From contig CAZFYQ010000006.1 of the NCBI GenBank assembly GCA_964523905.1, positions 4,287 through 46,564 of the forward strand: 42,278 nt of DNA, given 5' to 3'. The stretch comes from an uncultured Gammaproteobacteria bacterium (GTDB taxonomy: Bacteria; Patescibacteriota; Microgenomatia; Daviesbacterales; UBA10151). How positions within the stretch are numbered: position 1 is the stretch's first letter; every line of letters begins with the position of its first letter. The notes under the pieces are model-generated. The model was not told the origin of the DNA, made no database searches, and worked only from the letters and a program-made list of their open reading frames with translations. Shown here in pieces: positions 34,535 through 42,278 of the stretch. Made by a program: the position numbers and the translations under genes.

Positions 34535-36573
34535 TTAGTATTAGCTGAAGCAGTGGCTTGTTTTAAAGAGGCAATGGCCTCCAGATAATTGGGTTTTAAT
34601 TCAATGGCTTTTTGAAAAGCAGCGATCGCCTCAGGCTTTTTGTTCTGTGACTGCAGGATTAGGGCTTTGTTATAGTAAAGCTTAGGATCAGTGGGAGCTA
34701 AAATGATGGCTTGGTCCAAAGCTTGTAAAGTTTTATCAATATAGCCGGGATCTTCTGTAGCTAGCTCAAAATAGGTTCTGATGGCTGTCCTGTAAAAAGA
34801 AACATTTTTGGGACTATTTTGTAAAACGATCTTGGTTTGAATAACTGCTTCATCTCTTAAAGCAGCGGATAAAGTAGCATCGGTTTCGGCCAAGGCGCTT
34901 GAGGCAGCTGCTGCAGAATAGGCCAGCTCTGAGCGGTAAAACGGCTCCCCTGGGTTTAAATCTAGGGCAGAACTAAATAAGTTGTAGGCCCGGCCGGGAT
35001 TACCGGCATCTGAGGCTTTGTTTCCGGAGGAAAAAATAGTATCTGCCAACCATAGTTTATAAACTCCAAATAACAAATAACAAATAACAAAAATAATCAG
35101 GCCCAGAGCGATTTTGGTATATAAGCTTCGACGATAGATGAAACTAGTGAATAGTGAATAGTGAATAGTGAATAGTTTTTTTGGCAGCTTCAGTGGCTTA
35201 ATGGAATCAGTGAATACAAAAACAAAAGCAGGGAAAAGATAAAAAAAGATGGCCAGAATTACCACAGAGAACAAAAAGAAGTTATAAATCAGATATAAAA
35301 CGTAAGCCCCTAGCAAAGCAGCGGTCATCAGCGTCTGCTCAGAGTTGGTGGTTTTTTTGCTAGTTACCAGAAAACGGATACACCAATAAACAAAGCAGAT
35401 AATCATTATCATATAAGTGCCAAAGCCAACAATTCCGGTCGTTGCCAGATAGTTTAAATATTCATTGTGGGCTTTGTTATATAAAAAATCCCATTCAGAG
35501 GTTAAATTATGAGCAGCCGGGCGGAATTGATAATAAGAATAGGCAAAAGTTTCTACACCTGATCCTAAGATTGGATAGTGGCGGAAAATGTCTATTGCCC
35601 CTTGCCAGACAATTAAGCGGATTTGTCCGGATTCTGTACCACCATTTTCCAACTGGGAACCTCCAGAAGCCAACTCAATAGCCGGTCTGCTTGGCGCAGC
35701 AAATTTAGATACCAGTCGAAAACTGGTTAAAGCCGAACCAAACAGGATATTGACGAGAATAAACGAAAGTAAAATACCACTAATTCTCGTCATTCTGAGC
35801 GCAGCGAAGAATCTCTCACGAATGTGAGTAGAATCTGCAATAAAATAGAAGAAAATAAATACTGCCAGGCCGCCGATTAATCCCAGTGTTGGCCCCCGGG
35901 AATAGGTAAAAGTAAAGCCTAAGTAAAGGGTAGTTAGTAGTAGGTAGTAAGTAGTTTGGGAGAGACGGCTTTTCGCAGTCATTAAAAAATACAAAGCCGG
36001 AAAAATTAGCATTCCTAGGTAGGCTGCTAACCAGTTGGGTTGGCCTAAGCTGGCAAACACCCGGGCCTGGACATCTTGAATCCAGCAGGAGTCATTAAAT
36101 TCTCCGCGTAAAATTACACAAGAAAAAGATGTGCCAAAATGTTCAAAAATAGCCCAGATGGCAATTATAAATCCGGAAATTAAACCAAATTTTAAAGTTG
36201 TTAAAACCTGTTCTTTGGTCATATTAGACACAAAAGCCCAGTAAAGTAATAAATAAGATACAAGAGACAAAAGCCCGCCATTAGATCTTGAGTAATAGCC
36301 CCAGATGGAGGTGTGATGGTCTATAGAAAAAATAGTAGACAAAATATTGGCGCCTAAAAATAGCAATAGCGGAATATCAAGCGGAGTACGATTTACGATA
36401 AACGATTTACGATAAACCATTTTAAGGATCCAGGTTCCGACTATAACGATGGTTAAACCATACGTTAAAATCATCTTATTGTATTCAAACAACTCATAAT
36501 TTAAAGAAGTCCAAAAAAGCGGGGTAATTAAAAAGAGCAGGTAAAAGCTGTAGCGGATGATTCTGTCTAACAT
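34531..36573 (-). CDS. O-antigen ligase-like polymerase with C-terminal TPRs
   Basis: SLGQPNWLA, TYSRG, IRLIVW, PILGSG, KAHNEYL, TPR tail; start at MLDRIIRY. Confidence 0.88.
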   Translation of the reverse strand: MLDRIIRYSFYLLFLITPLFWTSLNYELFEYNKMILTYGLTIVIVGTWILKMVYRKSFIVNRTPLDIPLLLFLGANILSTIFSIDHHTSIWGYYSRSNGGLLSLVSYLLLYWAFVSNMTKEQVLTTLKFGLISGFIIAIWAIFEHFGTSFSCVILRGEFNDSCWIQDVQARVFASLGQPNWLAAYLGMLIFPALYFLMTAKSRLSQTTYYLLLTTLYLGFTFTYSRGPTLGLIGGLAVFIFFYFIADSTHIRERFFAALRMTRISGILLSFILVNILFGSALTSFRLVSKFAAPSRPAIELASGGSQLENGGTESGQIRLIVWQGAIDIFRHYPILGSGVETFAYSYYQFRPAAHNLTSEWDFLYNKAHNEYLNYLATTGIVGFGTYMIMIICFVYWCIRFLVTSKKTTNSEQTLMTAALLGAYVLYLIYNFFLFSVVILAIFFYLFPAFVFVFTDSIKPLKLPKKLFTIHYSLFTSFIYRRSLYTKIALGLIIFVICYLLFGVYKLWLADTIFSSGNKASDAGNPGRAYNLFSSALDLNPGEPFYRSELAYSAAAASSALAETDATLSAALRDEAVIQTKIVLQNSPKNVSFYRTAIRTYFELATEDPGYIDKTLQALDQAIILAPTDPKLYYNKALILQSQNKKPEAIAAFQKAIELKPNYLEAIASLKQATASANTK
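35146..35173. repeat. in-frame heptamer tandem repeat (AGTGAAT)x4
   Basis: Four perfect copies; further heptamer tracts at 35067-35087, 35930-35957 and 36388-36415. Confidence 0.8.
35789..35836. repeat. partial REP-like element in frame
   Basis: GTCATTCTGAGCGCAGCGAAGAATCT plus a CTCAC-gaat-GTGAG hairpin. Confidence 0.7.
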
Positions 36574-36575
36574 AA

Positions 36576-36651
36576 AGCGTATAGCGTATAGATAATAGCG
36601 TATAGTCAAAGCAAAAAACAACTGTACGCTAAACGCTATTCACTGTACCCT
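36576..36651. repeat. heptamer-periodic hairpin element, copy 2
   Basis: AGCGTAT AGCGTAT AGATAAT AGCGTAT, loop, GTACGCT AAACGCT ATTCACT GTACCCT. Confidence 0.82.
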
Positions 36652-36677
36652 TGGTTTATGTTACACTCGCAAACACT

Positions 36678-37742
36678 ATGTTTGGAAAGCTGTGGTCTTA
36701 CTTATCTCATGATATTGGAATAGATTTAGGAACTGTAAATACGCTGGTGTTGGTTAAAGGAAAAGGAATTGTCATTAGAGAGCCCACAGTGGTGGCACTT
36801 CATAAAAAAACCCGTCAGATTTTAGCAATTGGATCTGAGGCTAAAAGAATGTTAGGTAGGACCCCGGCTGCAATTGAGGCTGTTAGGCCACTTAGGAATG
36901 GGGTTATATCAGACTTTGATACCACAGAGGCTATGCTTCGCTATTTTATCCATAAAGTTCATGAATCTCCGGGAAAAAGCATGTGGTCTTTGCCTAGAAT
37001 CCCTAAACCTCGGGTAGTGGTGGGAATTCCCTCTGGTGTTACTGAGGTAGAAAGAAGGGCAGTGCAGGATGCTTGTTTATCAGCCGGGGCCAGACAGGCC
37101 TATTTAATAGAAGAACCAATGGCAGCGGCAATTGGTTCCAAACTGCCAATTGAAGATCCGGAAGGTGTAATGGTAGTGGATATTGGTGGAGGAACCACGG
37201 AAATTGCCGTGATATCTTTGGGTGGGATGGTTGTTAACCGCTCACTCCGAGTCGCCGGAGATGAGTTGGATGAGGCCATTATTTCTTACATGCGAACCCG
37301 CTACGGGATGTTGATTGGGGAAAGAACTGCTGAAGACATTAAAATAGAAATCGGTTCGGCCTTTCCCATTGATAAGCTAGACAATGCAGCTACTGTGGTT
37401 CGCGGCCGGGATCTAGCTTCAGGACTACCCAAATCTATTAAAGTTTCTGCCTCAGAAGTTCGTGAGGCTTTAACTCCAGTGGTATCTCAAATTATTGGTG
37501 CCATTGGTGAGGTACTGGAAGAAACTCCACCAGAACTGTTAACTGATATTGTAGAAAGAGGCATATTTTTAACCGGAGGTGGGGCTTTAATTAGGGGTTT
37601 GGATAAAAAAATTGCTGAAGAAAGTAAATTGCCGGTTTGGGTATCAGATGATCCATTGACTACTGTGGTTAGGGGCTGTGGTGAAGTATTGGAAAATCTT
37701 GACTTGTTATCCAAAGTGCGAGTAACCGGTGGTCTTCGCTAA
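36678..37742 (+). CDS. mreB: rod shape-determining protein MreB
   Basis: IGIDLGT, RPLRNGVISDF, EEPMAAAIG, DIGGGTTE, LTGGGA. Confidence 0.98.
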   Translation: MFGKLWSYLSHDIGIDLGTVNTLVLVKGKGIVIREPTVVALHKKTRQILAIGSEAKRMLGRTPAAIEAVRPLRNGVISDFDTTEAMLRYFIHKVHESPGKSMWSLPRIPKPRVVVGIPSGVTEVERRAVQDACLSAGARQAYLIEEPMAAAIGSKLPIEDPEGVMVVDIGGGTTEIAVISLGGMVVNRSLRVAGDELDEAIISYMRTRYGMLIGERTAEDIKIEIGSAFPIDKLDNAATVVRGRDLASGLPKSIKVSASEVREALTPVVSQIIGAIGEVLEETPPELLTDIVERGIFLTGGGALIRGLDKKIAEESKLPVWVSDDPLTTVVRGCGEVLENLDLLSKVRVTGGLR

Positions 37743-37744
37743 AG

Positions 37745-38371
37745 ATGATAAAAGCAATTCTGTTTGATATTGATGGAACCATTTTAGATTCCTACGAATT
37801 TATCTATGCTGCATTTCAGTATACTTTAGAAAAACACCAAAAAGTGGTTGCAGAGGATTTAATAATTCAAGCTTCAGGAAAACCTCTGGTGGAGTTTTAT
37901 CAATTTATTTTGCCGGAAGATGATGCAGAGTTACTGGCTCAAACCCATCGCGAGTGGCAGGAAGATAAGCATCATTTAGCCAAACCATTTTACAGTGTAA
38001 TTGAAACTTTTAAACAGTTAAAAAAGAAAAAAATAAAACTGGCAGGAGTTAGTAGTAGGACCAGTACTAGTTTAATAAAATCTTTAAAAACCCATGATGT
38101 TTACAAGTATTTTGATCTGGTTTTGGGATTTGATGATGTGGAAAATCCCAAACCTCATCCAGAACAACTTTTAAAAGCCATGAAAGTTTTAAAAGTTAAA
38201 AAAACTGAAACTTTAATGGTAGGTGATACGGAAAAAGATATTCAGGCAGGACAAGCTGCCGGAATAAAAACAGCAGGAGTGGCTTATGGTTGGATGGGTG
38301 AAAATATTAAAGACCTTAATCCAGATTATGTAATTACTGATTTAGAAGAGTTATTGAAAGTGGTAAAATAG
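37745..38371 (+). CDS. HAD family phosphatase (PpaX/Gph-like)
   Basis: FDIDGT, KPHPE, MVGD...D. Confidence 0.9.
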   Translation: MIKAILFDIDGTILDSYEFIYAAFQYTLEKHQKVVAEDLIIQASGKPLVEFYQFILPEDDAELLAQTHREWQEDKHHLAKPFYSVIETFKQLKKKKIKLAGVSSRTSTSLIKSLKTHDVYKYFDLVLGFDDVENPKPHPEQLLKAMKVLKVKKTETLMVGDTEKDIQAGQAAGIKTAGVAYGWMGENIKDLNPDYVITDLEELLKVVK

Positions 38372-38375
38372 CCTT

Positions 38376-39461
38376 ATGCAAATACCGTTCTACGATCCGC
38401 AGAAAAGTTATGAGGATAATTATAATCAGGGGCCGTTTGGGGCATTTGCGGATGGTCAGGATCTAAGAACCGAGCAGGAACCAAAGTATGAATTTTTAGG
38501 TTTCAAAATTAATTCTCCTTTTGGAATTGCTGCGGGTCCTTTGGTAAATTCTAAATTCTGCAAAGCCGCTTTTGAAAAGGGTTTTGATGTAATTGTTTAT
38601 AAAACCCGCAGATCCGTGGCTTTTCCCTCAAATCCCTGGCCCAATGTTTTATCAGTAGAAGTTGACGGGGATTTAACCTTAGAAAAAGCCAAACAGCCTT
38701 TAACCGGCACCACTAATTTTGACAAAGACCCCAAAGATTTAAGTATTACTAATTCTTTTGGTAATCCTTCTCCGGAGCCGCCCTCGGTTTGGGTAGAGGA
38801 TATGAAAAAAGCTGTTTTAGATGCCGGTCCTGGTCAGCTGCTGATTGGCTCTGTGGTTGGGACTATTCAAGAAGGTTTTTCTCAGAATGAATATTATGAT
38901 GATTTTGCTAAGGCTGCTGAGATGGCTGCCTCAACCGGAGTAAAAATAATAGAAGTTAACTTGTCTTGCCCGAATGTGGCCTCAGAAGGAGTGGTTTGTT
39001 ACAACAAAGAGGCTGTTTTAAAAATCTGTCAAAAAGTCAAACAAAAAATCGGCCAAATCCCAATGTTAATTAAACTGGGCTATTTTTCTCTGGAACAACA
39101 ACCACTTTTGGAAGAAATCATCAAAAATGTATTGCCTTTAATTGCCGGAGTAGCAGTGATTAACACCATCCCCGCACCAGTGGTTGACGAAGAAGGCGGA
39201 CAAGCTTTGCCAGGCGCAGGCCGTTTAAATGCCGGTATTTGCGGAGCAGCTATAAAATGGGCCGGATTAGACATGGTTAAAAGATTAGCTGCTTTAAGAG
39301 ATCAGTGGAATGAGCAGTTTGCCATTATCGGAGTTGGTGGAGTAATGACTGCTGAGGATTTTCAGCAATACCAAGATGCTGGCGCAGATATCGTCCAATC
39401 AGCCACAGGTGCAATGTGGAATCCCTATTTGGCTAAGGAAGTTAAGGCTGCCAATCAGTAG
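38376..39461 (+). CDS. pyrD: dihydroorotate dehydrogenase-like flavoprotein
   Basis: PFGIAAG, KT, EVNLSCPN, INT, IIGVGG; adjacent to pyrEF. Confidence 0.75.
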   Translation: MQIPFYDPQKSYEDNYNQGPFGAFADGQDLRTEQEPKYEFLGFKINSPFGIAAGPLVNSKFCKAAFEKGFDVIVYKTRRSVAFPSNPWPNVLSVEVDGDLTLEKAKQPLTGTTNFDKDPKDLSITNSFGNPSPEPPSVWVEDMKKAVLDAGPGQLLIGSVVGTIQEGFSQNEYYDDFAKAAEMAASTGVKIIEVNLSCPNVASEGVVCYNKEAVLKICQKVKQKIGQIPMLIKLGYFSLEQQPLLEEIIKNVLPLIAGVAVINTIPAPVVDEEGGQALPGAGRLNAGICGAAIKWAGLDMVKRLAALRDQWNEQFAIIGVGGVMTAEDFQQYQDAGADIVQSATGAMWNPYLAKEVKAANQ

Positions 39462-40071
39462 GGTCTGATACCCAATCTAAAATTGTCTGTAAGTCTTCTT
39501 CATTAATATACTTCATTTCCTGAGCTTGTTTTACCACTTCCTGGAAATTAGTCAAAGAAACCATTTCTAGGTGATTACTCAAAAAATTATCTTCAGCTTG
39601 CTTAAATCCATAAGTGATTATTGCAAAAACAGTGGTAATTTCTCCGCCAGCTTGCCTGATCGCATTAACACTATTAATTGCGCTTTCCCCGGTAGAAATT
39701 AAATCTTCAATGACAATCACTTTTTGTCCTTTTTTGATAATTCCCTCCATCAAGTTTTCCTTGCCATGGTCTTTGGCTTTGCCTCTGACATAAACCATTG
39801 GTAGATTTAATTTATCAGCAATCCAGGCTGCATGAGGAATGCCTGCTGTGGCAGTGCCTGCTACCACATCAAATGAAACTCCAGATTGTTTGATAGCATC
39901 AATATAGAAATCTCTGATTAAACTTCTCTGATCTGGATAAGCCATCAGCACCCGGCAATCCGTATAAACCGGAGATAAAATTCCGGAGGCATATTTAAAT
40001 GGTTTTTTAGGGCTTAAAGTTACGGCATTTAATTCTAGTAATAATTTAGCTACGGTTTCTGATGTATTCAT
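39442..40071 (-). CDS. pyrE: orotate phosphoribosyltransferase
   Basis: ASGILSPVYTDCR, YVRGKAKDHG, VIEDLISTGES. Confidence 0.95.
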   Translation of the reverse strand: MNTSETVAKLLLELNAVTLSPKKPFKYASGILSPVYTDCRVLMAYPDQRSLIRDFYIDAIKQSGVSFDVVAGTATAGIPHAAWIADKLNLPMVYVRGKAKDHGKENLMEGIIKKGQKVIVIEDLISTGESAINSVNAIRQAGGEITTVFAIITYGFKQAEDNFLSNHLEMVSLTNFQEVVKQAQEMKYINEEDLQTILDWVSDPTDWQP

Positions 40072-40826
40072 GATTTTAAAGCCTCCTGTATTTGACTTTG
40101 TAAATCCTGAGTAGCTTTGCGAGGATCCGGTGCAAAGATAATGCTGCGGGAAGCAGAAATAATCAGTCCCTGCTTTTTGCTGTTTAAAGCATTTTTAACA
40201 ATGCCTTCTAAATTTCCACCCTGAGTGCCAATTCCGGGAACTAAAATCGGTATATCACCAATGATTTCCCTGACTTTGGTTAAATCCTGCGGATAAGTGC
40301 CACCAACAACTACGGCTATATTACCATTAGTATTCCAACCCGTCATATGCTCTGCAACAACCTGATAAAGTGGAATTCCATCAATTCCCAAATCCTGAAA
40401 TTCTCCGGCCCCGGGATTGGAAGTTTTTACCAATACAATAATTCCTTTATCAGCCCGGTTTAAAAACGGTTTTAAACTCTCTTCTCCCAAATACGGATTA
40501 ACTGTGACTGCATCAACTCCTAAAGTGTCAAAAATGGCTTTGACATAGGCTTCATTGGTGTTGCCAATATCGCCTCTTTTGGCATCTAAAATGATCGGCA
40601 AATCCGGGTGATTTTCTTTGATGTATTTAATAATTTGGGCTAATTTTTCAAGACCTAAGGGACCCTCAGCTTCATAAAAAGCCGCATTGGGTTTATAAGC
40701 GCAGACCAAATCAAAAGTAGCATCAACAATGGATCTATTCTCATCAAAATCAAACTGGTCCAAACCAACACAAATAAATTTCCCCTCGTTCCATTTAACT
40801 GTTAATTTATCTAGGAAAGAATTCAT
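40068..40826 (-). CDS. pyrF: orotidine-5'-phosphate decarboxylase
   Basis: CVGLD, YKPN, ILDAKRGDIGNT, KTSNPG, LVPGIGTQGG, SRSI. Confidence 0.96.
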   Translation of the reverse strand: MNSFLDKLTVKWNEGKFICVGLDQFDFDENRSIVDATFDLVCAYKPNAAFYEAEGPLGLEKLAQIIKYIKENHPDLPIILDAKRGDIGNTNEAYVKAIFDTLGVDAVTVNPYLGEESLKPFLNRADKGIIVLVKTSNPGAGEFQDLGIDGIPLYQVVAEHMTGWNTNGNIAVVVGGTYPQDLTKVREIIGDIPILVPGIGTQGGNLEGIVKNALNSKKQGLIISASRSIIFAPDPRKATQDLQSQIQEALKS

Positions 40827-40897
40827 CGCTCAATTGAATATACATTTTAACAATCAGGTTTGCAACTGTAACTTTTTTAAGTTATATTGGGGGCTCC

Positions 40898-41686
40898 ATG
40901 ACTAAGGTAATTCCTAACCTCAAAATCCTTTCCTTTTTAATTTTTCTAAGTTTATTTATAACGGCTTTGGATAATTTTAAGCTACTGGTTATTCCAGAAA
41001 AATTTATCTCTTACATAACTAATCCAATTTCTTTTGGGCTTTATCAAACTAAAGTTAATGTCTCACGTCAATTTGGTTTTATCTATTCACTGCGGCAAGC
41101 AGCTCAGGAAAACAGCGCTTTAAAAGAGCAAATCGGTAAGTTGCTTTCCGAAAATGCCAGGCTTCGCAAAAATCTGTCAGAAACCCAGGCTTTAGTGTCT
41201 CAAGGTACTCATTTAGATCCGGCTACTTATAGTTTAATTCCAGCCCGGCCAATTGGAGTGGATCGCTATTTAAAAATAGATAAAGGTTCAACTGACGGAA
41301 TTAAAATGGGTGAGGCAGTAATTTATAATGACAACTTTGTGGGTAAAATTGTGGCTGTTTCTGCCAAAGCCTCATCAGTGCAACTTTTAACCGATCCGGA
41401 TTCTAAAGTGTCGGCTTTTTCCCAAGGCTTGGAAGGTAAAAGCAAAGGAGTGCTGCTTGGTCAATTTGGCTCTGAGATTTTAATGGATAAAATTTTGCAT
41501 GAGGAAAAAATTAGTGTGGGTGATTTGGTTTATTCAGAAGGTATTGAAAGCTTTCTCCCACGGGGTTTAATTTTAGGTAAAGTCACGAAGGTTTTGGAGA
41601 GACAAAATGAAGTCTTTAAGCAAGCCAAAGTTAAGCCAGTGTTTGATATTGCAGATTTGGAGCTAGTGTTTGTAATACAAGAGTAA
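40898..41686 (+). CDS. mreC: rod shape-determining protein MreC
   Basis: TM helix, coiled coil ENARLR, IDKGSTDGIK.G, VGK, LLTD, PRGLILG. Confidence 0.93.
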   Translation: MTKVIPNLKILSFLIFLSLFITALDNFKLLVIPEKFISYITNPISFGLYQTKVNVSRQFGFIYSLRQAAQENSALKEQIGKLLSENARLRKNLSETQALVSQGTHLDPATYSLIPARPIGVDRYLKIDKGSTDGIKMGEAVIYNDNFVGKIVAVSAKASSVQLLTDPDSKVSAFSQGLEGKSKGVLLGQFGSEILMDKILHEEKISVGDLVYSEGIESFLPRGLILGKVTKVLERQNEVFKQAKVKPVFDIADLELVFVIQE

Positions 41687-41688
41687 CT

Positions 41689-42135
41689 ATGAAAACTATT
41701 ATATTTATACTAATAATTTTATCTTTTATTCAGACTACTATTTTACCTATCAACCTGGTACTAATTGTGTTACTGTCCCGCGCTTTAGTCAGACCGGATA
41801 AATCTAATCTTTACCTGGCTTTTGGATTTGGACTATTTCTGTCATTGATTTCTTTGGAGCCTTTGGGGTTTAAAAGTCTCACTTTTCTAATTTTAGTGCA
41901 GCTTACCGAAAATTTGTCCCGCTCCCGTTTTTCAGCAAATCAATTTTTGATTATTCCGATTGTCATAGTTTTTTCAACATTGGATTTAGCAGCCACTGCC
42001 ATATTTTCTCAGCAGTCAATTATTATCTGGCCTCAAGTGGTAATTGAAGGGGTACTGTCTTTGCCGATATTTTTTATCGTTAGGATTTGGGAAGAACGAT
42101 TTATTATTAAAAAAGGAATTAAATTAAGGGTATAG
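41689..42135 (+). CDS. mreD: MreD-like membrane protein
   Basis: Hydrophobic 148-aa ORF directly after mreC. Confidence 0.7.
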   Translation: MKTIIFILIILSFIQTTILPINLVLIVLLSRALVRPDKSNLYLAFGFGLFLSLISLEPLGFKSLTFLILVQLTENLSRSRFSANQFLIIPIVIVFSTLDLAATAIFSQQSIIIWPQVVIEGVLSLPIFFIVRIWEERFIIKKGIKLRV

Positions 42136-42200
42136 GGTTCAGGGTATAGGGTATAGTTAATCACAAATAACTAAACGCTGTACGCTATTTTCTATACGCT
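42127..42200. repeat. heptamer-periodic hairpin element, copy 3
   Basis: AGGGTAT AGGGTTC AGGGTAT AGGGTAT AGTTA...TAACT AAACGCT GTACGCT ATTTTCT ATACGCT; last 30 nt identical to 13240-13269. Confidence 0.85.
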
Positions 42201-42206
42201 ATAAAT

Positions 42207-42278
42207 ATGAAGCAACGTAAGAGTTTGGGCCCGGGTTTTAAAGATGAACTGCTGAAAGTTTCTGCCCAAATCGGTCAT
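42207..42278 (+). CDS. 5' fragment of the next gene, possibly PBP2 by synteny
   Basis: ATG and open frame MKQRKSLGPGFKDELLKVSAQIGH to the window end; product inferred only from position after mreCD. Confidence 0.4.
   Translation, partial: MKQRKSLGPGFKDELLKVSAQIGH

Noticed and set aside
1-42278. Alternative genetic code (UGA recoding)
   Set aside because: Conserved genes are full length, several end at TGA with ATGA coupling, and tRNA-Trp has a CCA anticodon.

Overview
Gene-dense, AT-rich bacterial chromosome segment in the standard genetic code. Gene content and protein styles point to a Patescibacteria/CPR genome, probably Microgenomates (inference). Contents: (i) a surface-structure operon with a 1621-aa MerR-HTH/TM/fibre/peptidase-S74 protein, an RNase H-fold DUF3800-like gene and a truncated DUF2341-LamG gene; (ii) glycosyltransferases and a cupin GPI; (iii) the tRNA-Thr/rpmG/tRNA-Trp/secE-nusG-rplKA/rplJL cluster, scattered over about 20 kb by intercalated genes; (iv) a probable 6S RNA, rpmB and def-fmt; (v) mreB and mreCD split by a HAD/pyrD/pyrEF block. 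The ORF track missed rpmG, three tRNAs, the 6S-like RNA and two edge genes. Main candidates for an undescribed system: (a) a ~65-nt structured RNA with its own promoter and terminator, antisense to the 3' end of the DUF3800-like gene; (b) heptamer- and nonamer-periodic hairpin elements that sit against start codons, lie in frame inside genes, and decorate an IVP/Avd-like four-helix-bundle gene. A separate REP-like palindrome family is also inserted in frame in several genes. All calls are by eye, with no database searches.
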